Assembly (NCBI GenBank): GCA_043228905.1
Contig: JBHGNT010000003.1
Coordinates: 8,804,001 to 8,868,000, forward strand
DNA length: 64,000 nucleotides
Direction of reading: 5' to 3'
Origin: Azolla caroliniana
Lineage: Eukaryota; Plantae; Polypodiophyta
Each line of letters opens with the position of its first letter. The first letter of the stretch is position 1. A program made the position numbers and the translations under genes. Below are positions 27,517 to 39,000 of the stretch, one piece after another. Below the pieces are notes generated by a model. The model had not been told where the DNA came from, made no database searches, and worked only from the letters and a program-made list of their open reading frames with translations.

Positions 27517-29899
27517 GTTCTATGAGGAATTAGAAAACTGTATTGGACAATGAAGTCATAATTAGTGGTATAATAAGATGATACGTATAAAATTAAGGCC
27601 ATAAATTACTCAAGATATTGAAGGAGATTCTATATGCTCAAAAACATATGGAGCACAATTTGAAAAAAGAGATGCACTCAAGATTCTGATAGAAAGTTGA
27701 GCTCATACAGTCAATAAAGCCAAAGTATTAAGACTAAGTAAAGATATTGAGTTTTTGGAGTGAAAAAGCTCCAAGGAAAAGTTGTTACCGTATCTAACAT
27801 TGAGGGGGAACTAAAAGCTTTATATTTGCTATAGTCAAACAATTTTAGTTCTCTTAAGCATCCAGGCAGTATGTTATTAACAGTAAACACAAAACACGAA
27901 TGGGATTCAGATTTTGTGATAACCGTAACCATCATTATAACCGATGATGCTACGATCTCGCTCTGAGATGTAAACCCCTTTATTCTCAGTTTACTTTTGA
28001 AACTAAAAGCAATATTCATCATCCAATGTACATTTCTTCCACAAGATTGGTTCTTTTTTTGCCAAAGCTCGATCTCTTATCAAACACTATTTATGTATCA
28101 TGGTTATGACTTCACTTGGAAAGTTAACAGAGAATCTCTTGAAAAACCTTATCATTGGGAGGATATCATTCATTGTTATGAAGCTCTAAAAATTAAACAG
28201 TGTATACATGCACAACATTTTTTTATTGAGGCATTGACAAAAATACATAGTGGGCATTGCTTATTGTTTTCCAGTATCATGGTGCAAATTCACAATGCTT
28301 GGTCTGACCTATGTTCCAGATGATAATATACATAAATTCTCCATATGTATCTGTATGTAAAGTAGGAAATAAAGATATTCTCTATAGATGGCTGGATCAA
28401 GTGGCTTTTGTCCTTGCTTGTGCGCTGCGATTAATGTAGCCTTTTTGCTCATGCTTGTGTTGTGTGTATAGTTTTTGGACAAACATCAAAACATGAAAGG
28501 TCTCATTGCTAGGTTTCGATTTTCTGAGAGCTTATTTAACTAGGTAAAAACTTTGGCATACTCATCAAATAATAGATGATGTCTATACCGAAGGAATGAG
28601 ATTAATTAACCATGGGTGAGGGGCGTGAAATGATAGGGAAAGGTCCTGGTATGTCCATAAGGTTTGTGTAGGTAGGAAAACATCATATGCTACTAATCTC
28701 CAAAAGGTATGTTGAAGGTAAGGAAATCTTGGATGATCTTTATTTTCCCAAAGGGGTTTAGATAGGGAAGCCTTGGACGATGAACTCATTTCAATGCTGG
28801 TACATTTTCACAAAGCTATTGAGATAATCCTTCTGTGTGCAATTATCATTGGGAAAACACATGCCCAAAAAGAAAATACACATTAACATGGAATATTTAT
28901 AAGTGAACGTAGATCTTGATTGAAAAGAGTACAATTACAAGACACACCCACAAATTTGAGCCATGTGTTCATCTATGTCACATAAGTATGTACGATTACA
29001 CTAACATAAATACTTCTTTGAGTCAAAGAATTGGGATGAGAAGTACAAATACTTGTGTAACGGTGTTCAGGAAAAATACCTGATTAGTCTTTGTACTCAC
29101 AAGCTAGCCTGACCACTGCAGAAGAAGAAGGAGAGGGAGAAGAACCGCTACAGTTTGCAGAAGAAGAAGGAGAGGGAGATGAAGGAGAAGAGAATTGAGA
29201 CTTGTTATTGTTTGATAAAGAAATAAAAGGAAAACATGTGTACAAAGTAGGTTTTTGAAAAGCTAGGTTAAATTTTATTGAATGAATGATCACTTTTTTC
29301 CTAAATTGATAGAACTAACCTTCAAAAAATGTGTTAGAGAGAATTTTTTTATAAAAGTATCTCACCAAACCATTAAACCGTTTAAACCGAAATTGTTAAG
29401 CCGATGAGGACTCAAACCGAACCGAACCGAACCGGTGTCCCCCCCGAGCCGAGCCGAGCCGAGCCGTTTAAACCGTTAAGCCGTGGTTTCACGGTTCGGT
29501 TCGGTTCAACCGTTGCCGATTGTTACTCACTTTCATCTCTCTGTTGCTTGTCTTTCTTTAATCTCTAGTTGGTGGGAGTAAACTTTGAGTTAGCTTATTG
29601 TTGTATATGGCAAGTAATGGTTCATGTGCCTTTTGTTATGAACATATATCAAAACTCCAAACTCATAATAAACATTTCACCGTTAACCACTAGGATAATC
29701 ATATCATACATAATATTTCCATGGTAAATATCTAATATTATGAAATTTGCTATTGTTCTCTTATCTCTCTCTCATTTCCCTCTTCTCATTCTTGTCTTCA
29801 ATTCAATCTTGTTCTTGATTATGACCTTCATAGTTTGAACTGGAATAAACTGTTAATCTTTATTCCTTTTTTCCCCTAAGGGACTTCTCATCCGATCTC

Positions 29900-30274
29900 T
29901 CATAACCATGGCAACAACAAGTGAACAATATATATGCATGTTTTGGGCGATTTAGAACATGGGACAACCATGTTCATGGCCTTGGATTAGGAGAATCAAA
30001 GGCTTCTCTAGGATTTACAACAATTAAGTGTTGAGAAAGCTCAACAACAAGTCGAATCCACTTAGAAGGTTCATAAACTTGAAGTGGCACTAGTAACTTT
30101 CGGAGCACCAACTTTTCCAAACAAACCTAAGATAAGTCTTCCAACAAAGTTGAATGGTAATCGACTTGCAATTTTGATGATTTCTAAACCAGATGTATTT
30201 AGTACTACAAATGCATCCCACTCGATATCCAATTAATTTGGCAAAGGTAGGGTTGTTGAGACTCTATTGACTTG
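29900..30274 (+). mobile_element. Decayed chromovirus (Tcn1-like) gag fragment
   Basis: PKISLPTKLNGNR...FLNQ...LVLQMHPTRYP...KVGLL is a typical retrotransposon gag N-terminus. It is interrupted at 30275 by a hAT-like end. Confidence 0.55.
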
Positions 30275-30633
30275 TAGGAGTTGGCAATGGCTCGTCTCAA
30301 ACTAAGTCATCAAACCATTTTTAAATGGTTTGACAGTTCAATTCGGCTTCGTTCAAGCTTGACATTTCTTAATTGGGTCGAGTGTAGTTTGCCAAGGCTC
30401 AAGTTGAACCGAGTCAATTTGGGCCAAACCAGTGTTGTAATGTGGTGCGGCCAAATGTAGAACTCGAGTGAAAAGGAGAATGAATGAAGTGAAAGCGTGT
30501 GTGACAAATTAAGAGAGAGAGAAATGTGTAGCACATGGGAAAAGGGGCAAAGAAAGGGGACCTATAACGTGAAAATATAAGAATATAAAATTACTAAAAG
30601 AATAATAAAATTCTTTGCTAGAGTAGTTACATG

Positions 30634-31199
30634 CAGTAATGGGCACGGTTTTGGCTCAAACCGAATCCAACTGGTAAGCCATGGTTTAATGGTTTAGTGG
30701 TTCCAATTTTTTTTAATGGTTTGGTTTGGTTTGGGTTTTTAATAAATGGTTCAGTTTGGTTCTAAAACTCGGGTTTATCAGTTTAAATGGATTGGTTTAA
30801 AGGTTTATTGGTATTTGGATAACTTTTCTTTTACCTTATTAATTTAATGGTTTTTTATTGATTTAATTAATTTAACAAAAATAATTATTTAATTTAATGG
30901 TTTAATTAAAGTTTCTTTTATTGATTTAATAAATTTAACTTAAATTCTTATTTAATATGTGGTATTTTTGTTTATTTAGATTTTTAATTTGTTTGACTTA
31001 AATGATTAGGTTTAAATTTTTTATTAAATGGTTCGATTTGGTTTCCAATTTTCTCTAAACGGTTTGGTTTACCTTTTATTGAATGATTTAGTTTAAATGG
31101 TTTGAGAGTTTATAAACGGTTCGGTTCGGTTTTTGTTGTATATAAATGGTTTGGTTCGATTAAAAGGTAATGAAGTAGAACCATGCCCATAGTTGGTTG
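30634..31199. mobile_element. hAT-type MITE
   Basis: Imperfect TIRs CAGTAATGGGCACGGTT / AACCATGCCCATAGTTG(GTTG). Flanks GTTACATG / GTTACATA match 7/8. AT-rich interior with GGTTC/TGGTT repeats. Confidence 0.6.
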
Positions 31200-31926
31200 G
31201 TTACATATAAGTAGTGTTGCCTTTTGACGGCTAACATTGCCTGTCATGAGAACGGTATTCCAAAAATTTTGCCCATCAAATGACGGTTTGTCAAAAAAAT
31301 TGCCCTTCAAAAAGTAAATATGTCGAATATTCGTACTAAACAATATATTATACCCTTATATTCTTCAAATTTCATATACATGATCTGATTGTATTTCTTC
31401 AATGTGTGGCCCATTCAATAAGACTCACATTAAATCGTCTAAATGTTCTATATTCAATCGTTTTCTTTTCATCTGTTTGATGAGATTTTGCTTAGAGAAT
31501 CCTCTCTCACACGAAATCGTGCTAGATGGAATAACCAAAGTAGCGTGCCATAATTTTATCAAATGAGGGAAACTATCTTGCCAATCCTTCATTTTGCAAA
31601 ACATACGCCAAGCTTCACGCATAGTATAGCCTTCACACTTTAAACGTAAAGTGTCAACAAACCTATAGAGTTCCATTTCACAAGCCTTTGCATCATGTAA
31701 ATTTTGAAGACATTCATTGACATCAACATTTGGTTGTAAGTGAGAAATCAAAATTCCCAAGCATGTCTTTGCTTTACTATCCCTAATCACATCATCCTCT
31801 GCATAATGGCATGGGTTGAATAATTTTGCTGCATTGAAGAGGCTTAAGCTTTAATTGGGGAACCTTGCATTTAGTTCATCAATAATCTTGCACATAATTT
31901 TGAGATAGTTGAATACAACTTTCAAG

Positions 31927-32604
31927 CATAGATTGACACATGCGTAATATTCGTTATATTCTCCATGCGTGATATTCTCAAGATTCGAGAATACGAAATG
32001 GCCCCAAGAATATTATAAAACCATTCGTTTTACAAAAATATATAAAATATTAATTAATTCATTTTTTAAAAATAAATTTAATTCACTAAAAAAAGAATAG
32101 TAATTCATTAATAGATTATATACATATGATTAGTATTAACTCTCTTTTATAGTGTCAATTTGTCAAATAAAAAAGGGAAAGTTTATGAACCTTTATTTTA
32201 ATTAATTTTAAAAAAAAACGAATATTTGTATATTTATTATAGAAATATGATTAGTGTGAAGTTCAATTTTTAATATCTATAATTTTTGAGAGAATAAAAA
32301 GTGAGGAATTAATGAACCTTTATTGTATTTTATTTATTTTTTAAAAATAAAACGAATACTTTTATATTTATCATAAAAATTTATTAGTGTCAAGTCCCTC
32401 TTAATGTTCCTTTTTATAGTCCCTCTTTTAATGTCCCTTTTTATTGTGAAGTTCCTTTTTTTTATCCTAGGAAACTAAAAAAGGAGGGAGTTCTTGGACT
32501 CTTTTTTTTTTTTGGGGATAAACGAATACTTGACCATGCATTCGTATGCGTAGTCGTATGCATTTGAATGGGAAACCCCACAAATGCGAATATGTCAATC
32601 TATA
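31927..32604. mobile_element. hAT-type MITE (678 bp) inserted in the second hAT transposase
   Basis: TIRs CATAGATTGACA / TGTCAATCTATA. Exact 8-bp TSD CTTTCAAG (31919-31926 and 32605-32612). Confidence 0.85.
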
Positions 32605-33269
32605 CTTTCAAGTGATCCATCTATAAATGGCGTCATTCCCTTAGATTTTTCAATATTGAGATTCTTATCATTGTGACTTGCTTTATCCATGGGAATTTGT
32701 TTGAAGTATAGTTCATGTCTATATGTAATGCCATCTTTATCCTCTATGGAAAAAAAAAAACAAGAAAGACCTCCGCAAATTAGAAATAGTAATATCAATT
32801 TCTGCACCAATTGAAGTTACATCCAAATTCTCATTTTGAAGTTTCAAGCTCAAAATATTCATCAAATGCAACACATCAGCCCTCATACAAAAGCAAAATT
32901 GTACACTATAGATACAAGCATACCACTCTTTTAAGTTCTCTTTCTTCCAAATAGTAAGTATTGCAAGCATTATACTCACTAGTCTTTCCATGACTTGACC
33001 TCATGACAACCAATGAATATTATGAATTTGTAAGGGTCTATGAGCATCCAATTGCATTTTCTCCAAGAGCTCTAAAATTTCATGTGTTTGGTACTATTGT
33101 TAGCCCATGCATATACCTTATTTGCAATTTTTTCTACAAGAATGAGCTCATATATATCTCTAGATACATCTAAAATAACCAATGCATCTCTATGAGCAAT
33201 ACAATGCACACCAACCAAATTTGGGATATCATTTTTCATTAATGTTACTATTCCAATTTCACTACCAAT

Positions 33270-34562
33270 TGTCAGGAACAATACTGAGACAGAGAAGGAA
33301 TTAGTACTAAACGAAGGATTAGTACTATGAGAGGTGTAGAACTGCTTCGAGAGAAGGAAGGAGTGAGCGAGACAGAGAGAAAGAGAGAGATTGAGAGAGA
33401 GAGAGAGTGATGATAAGAAAGATATGTATTATATGAAGAGAATATACAATGGTGGCTAAAAGGCTTAAGACTAGCGTTGAACCAATTTGGTTCAACATAA
33501 TGCCTAGTGCCCTCTTTTATAGTGTTTTCAGGAGTAATCCTGAAGCTTCTAGAATGTTCCAGAGAAATCTGGAATATACACTAATTTCCTATAATAAAAT
33601 GTAAATGAAAATAATATCCTACGTATTACAATAGATGGTCTAATGGTCAAGAACTCGACCCATATAACCTAAGGTCATGGGTTCGAGTCTTGCCATATCA
33701 TAAAACTATCCCCCCTTTAAAACGACGAGTGTCACGAGTCGTCTTGGATTGAGGACCCGGTTTGTGTGGATATTGACGATGGAAGTCTTCAAGAAGAGCA
33801 CGAGCACTGGTCACATTCTCGATCGGTTCCCAAGTACGTTCGCTGGGACTATAGCATAGCCAATCGACTAGATAGTAGAGCTTGTTGCGAACAATCTTGG
33901 AATCAAGGATGGCGGCAACCTCGTACTCCGGCCCATCTTCAAGCTCGATCGGGGGTGGAGGTTGGATAAGACGTCCTGGGATGGTGCTCTCGTGGTAGGG
34001 TTCAAGGAGAGAACTATGAAACACCGGATGTATCCGAAGTTGAGGAGGTAGATCGAGACGAAAAGCGACATCATTAATCTGTCCAATAATACGGAAGGAC
34101 CTAATCGCCGATAATCCAACTTCTCACATGGGCGAGTAGTCTTGATGTGTCGTCGTAGCAGCCACACCCGATCTCCAATATTAAAACTGGATGGAAGTTG
34201 ATGACGATCCGCGTATACCTTGTGTGTTTGTTGAGCTTGCTGGAGATGAGTAGATAAATCCGCTTGTATCTTGCGTAACCGCTCCAAACGATCCTCCGCG
34301 CACGGATTTGTGGACACCTCTAGGGTTTCAAGTACACTCCACCGGGGGTGACATCCCGTATAAGCATAAAATGGCGTAACTTTAGTGGATGCGTGGATAG
34401 AGTTGTTATAGGCAAATTCGGCGAAGTGGAGAATATCTGCCCAGTCGTCCTGATGATAACTGAGAAAGCACCGTAGATACTGCTCCAGTGTTTGATTTGT
34501 TCGTTCAGCTTGGCCGTCGGTTTGTGGGTGGTAGCCGGAGGAGAGGTTACAAGAGACCTTGA
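33270..34562 (-). mobile_element. Element A: 3' part of a Ty3/gypsy chromovirus (Tcn1-like): integrase, chromodomain, PPT, 3' LTR
   Basis: Integrase LSSGYHPQTDGQAERTNQTLEQYLR, KLDYRRLGP. Chromodomain EYEVAAILDSK..YYLVDW..Y..SERTWEP. PPT AAAGGGGGGATAG (33718-33706). LTR ~33705-33270 ending CCTGACA. 5' part missing. Confidence 0.9.
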
Positions 34563-35936
34563 GCGTGGTTATTGCGTGGAGCAGCAAAAAGCAGCCAACA
34601 GTGGCTCTGTCGAGCATTGAGGCTAAATATTGGGGCGTTACTATTGCCACTTGTGAAGCCATTTGGCTTCGACGACTGCTGCAAGACCTACGGATCGGGG
34701 TACCGACCCCAATCCTGATCTACTATGACAACGTAAGCAAGATACAGCTCGCCAAGAACCCCATGTTCCATGCTCGGAAAAAGCACATAGAAGTGCACTA
34801 TCACTTTATATGTGAGCGGGTCCTGAGCGGTGAAGTCAAACTTCGGTATGTTTAGACAGATCGGCAGGTTGTGAATATCTTCACCAAACCACTCGGATCG
34901 GCCAAGTTGCAACACTTCACCGAAATGCTTGGTATTTAGCATCTTGACATGCCGCACTTGAGGGGGAGAACGGGCAAAGGCAAAGAAACTAGTGAGGGCA
35001 CTAGAAAAGGAACTGGAGAGGGAAGAACCAACACAGGGGGAGACAAGATGAGAAAGGAGGCTGAGTCGATACAGGAAGACGCCACATCCGAACAAGTCGG
35101 AGCTAGCTGTAGCGGCGATAGAGTCTAGAAGGACAGAGCCAACCGGAAGAGGAAGGCCAAGACCTGGACGTGGTCCGATGTGGTGAAGGGCTTGAAAACT
35201 GGAGACGAGTTGGAGAACACGAACTCGGACAAGAGCTGGAACGAATTGGAGACAACCGATTCGGAAGAGCCGGATCAAGTAAAGGCCAAGCGGACGCGGA
35301 TGCGATGGAAGTCAACGCTAACACGGAGAAACCGACGAGTTGACAAGCGTTGGAGTCGTAACAACGAAGGAACTGAGATGGGCTTATTGAGCATACAAAC
35401 ATACCGAAGAGGTCGAGGTGCGCGGAACCAAAAGGGTCGCGGGAAACGGAACTGGACCAGACGAGGAGCGCTACCAAGGTGTTACCCGTTCCTTTGGGTG
35501 AACACCTTCGATAGATCTGCGTCTATCGGTCTTCAAGGGTGTGGTACGTGAAGGCTCGTATAGAGGCGTCGAGAGAGATACAGGGCTCAGAGAGAAAACA
35601 CTAGCGAGGTTTTGATAGATGTGGCGGCGTGAAACTCATAGGTATAGATCGAACCACATACTCATGCAGCAAAATAGACACAATTAAAATATATTACTAT
35701 GGCAGAAAAGGATTACAGAACACGGCCTATGGCCGGTGACCTTACGAGTTTATCTACTTCGACTGACTAAGCTAGTGCTTCCGCCTATAATTTTCTTCTC
35801 CCTCCTTTCTGAGGTACTGCTTCTCGTTTAAATAACTTTTCCCCTAACACACAGCCGAGCCATCGGTGGCCCGTGATACTCGGACTCGGCGTTTGCTAAT
35901 TTCCTAATTTTACATTTTTGTCCTCTGGACAACACA

Positions 35937-36023
35937 TGGCACGCCCGTGGGACAGGACCTTGTCCGTCGGACCCACGACTTACAAAATACTAATAATATT
36001 ACAAAAATTGCCTTTTAGGCGTG
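35937..36023 (-). other. tRNA-3'-end copy / tRNA-like structure occupying the PPT position of element C
   Basis: Sense strand reads CACGCCT...GTGGGTCCGA(CGGACAAGGTCCT)GTCCCACGGGCGTGCCA-TG-|TGTTG (LTR). There is no purine tract. The last 10 nt up to CCA are complementary to the element's PBS. Confidence 0.75.
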
Positions 36024-36032
36024 ATCCTCGTT

Positions 36033-39000
36033 TCATTCCTCCTTTAAGATGTCGAGGATGCTTTCGGGGTCCGAGGTGGTGGCAAGGTGGTCTGGTTGGA
36101 CTGTCGGTGCAGGGGGTTGAGTTTGGTCCGGGGGTGGCATATCTTCTCGGGCGGCCGCCTCGGGTGCGACCGATTCTTCAGGTGGGGGTGTGGGTTCGTG
36201 GCCGCTGGCCTCTCCTTCGACAGGCTCTGGTACCGTGTGGACGTCCATGGGATGTCTGTTGGCCGGGGCAAGTTCCTCCTGTGCCGTGTCCGTGATCTCC
36301 TCGCTGGGAGGTTCTTCTTTCTGCTCTGTGGCCGTTGGAGGGCTGGTGGGGATGGCTGCGAGTCGTTCTCGTTCGAAGGCTTCTGCTTCCAGGCGAAACA
36401 TCATCTGACCATCATTGAAGTCCTCCATTATTTGCTCGATTGCCGTGGTGTGAGATTTTGCCAAGGACTGGTAATCCTCGGTTAAATCTGCACGCAGGTT
36501 TTGAATGCTGGCTTCGTCCATTTTGTAGAAGCCGCGGCCCTCCTTCCGTCGGTTCTCGGCGTCAGCGCGTAAAATATGCAATTCGGTAGCTTGGGCTGCC
36601 CATTCGTCTCCTGCGCGACTTAATGTTTCCTCGACCTTTTTGGTAAGGTGCTGGCGCTATTTCTCGAGCAGTATGCGGATGCGTGTCTCATCCATGCCGG
36701 GCTGTGCTCGGATAGCTGCTAATTCCTGTTTTAAGCCGTCGACCTCGGCCTGAATCTTTTGTGTCCTTAGCTCATAGATGTTCTGAGTGTTCTTTGCATC
36801 CGCGGTTACGAACTGGAGAGCGTGCTCGTAACGCTTGGTGAGTTCTTCGGTGGCCTGCTCCCGTTCTTTCTGACACGTGGCCCGGATTTGTTCCCGTTCG
36901 ACGATTCTCTCTTCTTGTAGGGCGAAGTAGGAATCTGATAAGGCGTCTTTTTGCTCCGAAAGTAGCTTGCATTTGATGAAAAACTCATCAGCCATCTCTT
37001 TAAGGGTCGTACGCTGACTTTGCAGCTCGGCATTCTCCGCGTTCATCCTCTCCTCCCGTTCGCGATTTCTTTCCTCCTGCCGATGGTTCTAGTCGTGTGC
37101 GTTGTCAAGCGCGGCCTGTAGGTCTAGAACCTCCGTCTCTTTCTTCACCACTGTGGCTGCGTATTCCTCCAGCTTGCTTTTGAGTTCGGCTTCCTTGGCC
37201 GCGGCTTGCGCTTGTACCCGGCCCAGTGCTTCGTTCTGCTCGTGTATCCTTTGGTCGGCCTGGGCTCTTATCTCGGCCATCTGCTTGGAAGCTTCTTCTT
37301 TTAGGCAAGCCATCGCCTCTTGATGCCGTTGCTCGTGTCTCTCGGTTCGCCGTTGTTCTTCTTTAAGCTCCACACGGTAATCCCGGAGCGGGGGTTCTGT
37401 CTGGGTTGCCACCTCCTTGGTTGCACGCGGTGCGAGTAGTTCTGTTTGCTCCACGGCCGTGGCCGCCTCGGTTGTTGTGCAGGCATCGACCATTTGTAAC
37501 GATTCCGTTTGTGGACTGGCCTGCACCTTCAGGATGGAGCCGGTGATGGTGCTTTCATCCATCATCGTTATGTGTGGAGGCGCTGGGAGGGCCTCGGTGG
37601 TCGTTACTGGAAGGCTCAGGACTTGTTGTTCCGGCCGGTTTTGCTCCTAGGTTGCCAGCTTCTGGTTCGCAGCGTGCCATAGTTCTGTAGCCATCTTAGC
37701 CTGTTTTTGGGCTACTTTTATCTTTCGGGCCATGTCTTTGGCTACCCGCGTAGTGCGATCCAGGTCCCGATATGCCTCGATAAGGGCCGTGTTCAACTCG
37801 GGGACCTCCATGAGGAGAGCGGCCTGTTTTGCCTGCTTCCTCCTCCCGATTTTTTGTAAAGCCTTGTCCTCCTGGGGCTCAATTTCACCTATTAGCGCGC
37901 GTTGCATCATTTTTGTTTCGGCGTGCTCTTCCGCCATCCGAGCGGCTGCCGCGACTTGGGCTCTGGCGAGGAAGTCGACCAACTCGAATGACGTACCGAG
38001 GCGGAGGAGCGCACTAAATTCGTACGCCTCCAAGGGGGGGTCCTTATACCCGAGGACTTCATCCTCTGAGATCTGTGTTGTCTACCCATGCTCGATCGTT
38101 CCCTGGTTCAACGATGCCTCTGCAGGGGTGATGGCCAGGTTGCTCTGTCTGACCACTAAGGCTTGCTCATGATGTGGCTCCTTCTGTTCTTCCGGGGACT
38201 CGCGATTGAGTCGTCTTCTTTTGCTTGGTTGTGTTTGGGGTTCCGGGGCCGGTAGTGTCGTTTCCTCCGCCTGCTTCCTTTTCTGCGGTCTTGGGGGTGC
38301 AACCTGATGTGTGTTGGAGCGTGGGCTAGGTCCTAGGGACGTTACTGAGGGGCGCAACGTTGGCTGTCGAATGGTGACGTCATCGGCCGTGTTGTCTGCC
38401 GTGGCTACCTCCCCCTCCCATTCTTGGCAGGTTTCGGAAACTACCCTTTTTTGTTGGGGTTGGGCTGGTGGTGGAGTAAATGCGGTTTTCTGGTCGGCGG
38501 CAGGGGGTGAAGGCGATGTGGGCTCCTCCCATGCTTCGTGGCTGATGGCCACGAATTTCTCTCTTTGCCTCCGTAGTGGTGGTGGGGACGTAAGTGCGCG
38601 AGGGGAAGGAAGCGAAGAGGGTGGGTATAGCACCATCAAAAAGTGGGTAAGAATAGACAACATCTTCTTACCGGACTGAAATGAAGCTAAGGCGACGCGG
38701 AGTCCTTCGCCTGTGATGATTCCCCAATCGATTCTTTTTCCTTCATAAGTGCTGATGATGATGGCTGCCTTGTTCTGCGGCATGCTCGTTGGGTTCGTAT
38801 GCACGAACGCATACTCCATCAAGATACGAGCAATCTCCCCGAAAGCTTTGTTGGGCCCGCCATACGTGCGATATGCCTTCCCTGTGGCTGAGTACTCACC
38901 GAAGTACGCCTTCATCTTTGATGCCGGGGTATGTCGACCTCATGGTCCCCTCCCCGTTGCAGGTCCAAAACAGCCTGAAGCACGTTGTTGGTGATGGCTT

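Larger units (their letters stand above)
22799..29525 (-). mobile_element. hAT DNA transposon (6727 bp) with decayed transposase and captured gene fragments
   Basis: TIRs TAACAATCAACAACGGTT / AACCGTTGCCGATTGTTA. Exact 8-bp TSD CTCACTTT (22791-22798 and 29526-29533). AACCG/CGGTT subterminal repeat arrays at both ends. Confidence 0.93.
30275..33269 (-). mobile_element. Second hAT element (ZNF862/ZMYM-like transposase), truncated by LTR insertion and deletion
   Basis: TIR-like end TAGGAGTTGGCAATGG at 30275. Transposase pieces GVHCIAHRDAL (33072-33281), MRADVLHLMNILSLKLQ, and hATC VIPSSTISCERGFSKQNLIK (31425-31790). Confidence 0.75.

Noticed and set aside
33868-34662. 264-aa ORF as a single protein
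   Set aside because: Chimera across the A/B deletion junction: antisense copia RNase H joined to gypsy integrase.
35937-35953. Reading element C as plus-sense, with this site as its ordinary PBS
   Set aside because: gag, pol and the extra ORF are all on the minus strand, a proper PBS exists at 57473-57461, and no plus-strand PPT precedes the right LTR.
35937-36023. Ty3-style bipartite PBS, or a genuine tRNA gene
   Set aside because: A bipartite PBS is complementary to tRNA in the sense RNA, whereas this is identical to the tRNA 3' end. There is no A-box or anticodon arm and CCA is encoded, so it is not a normal nuclear tRNA gene.
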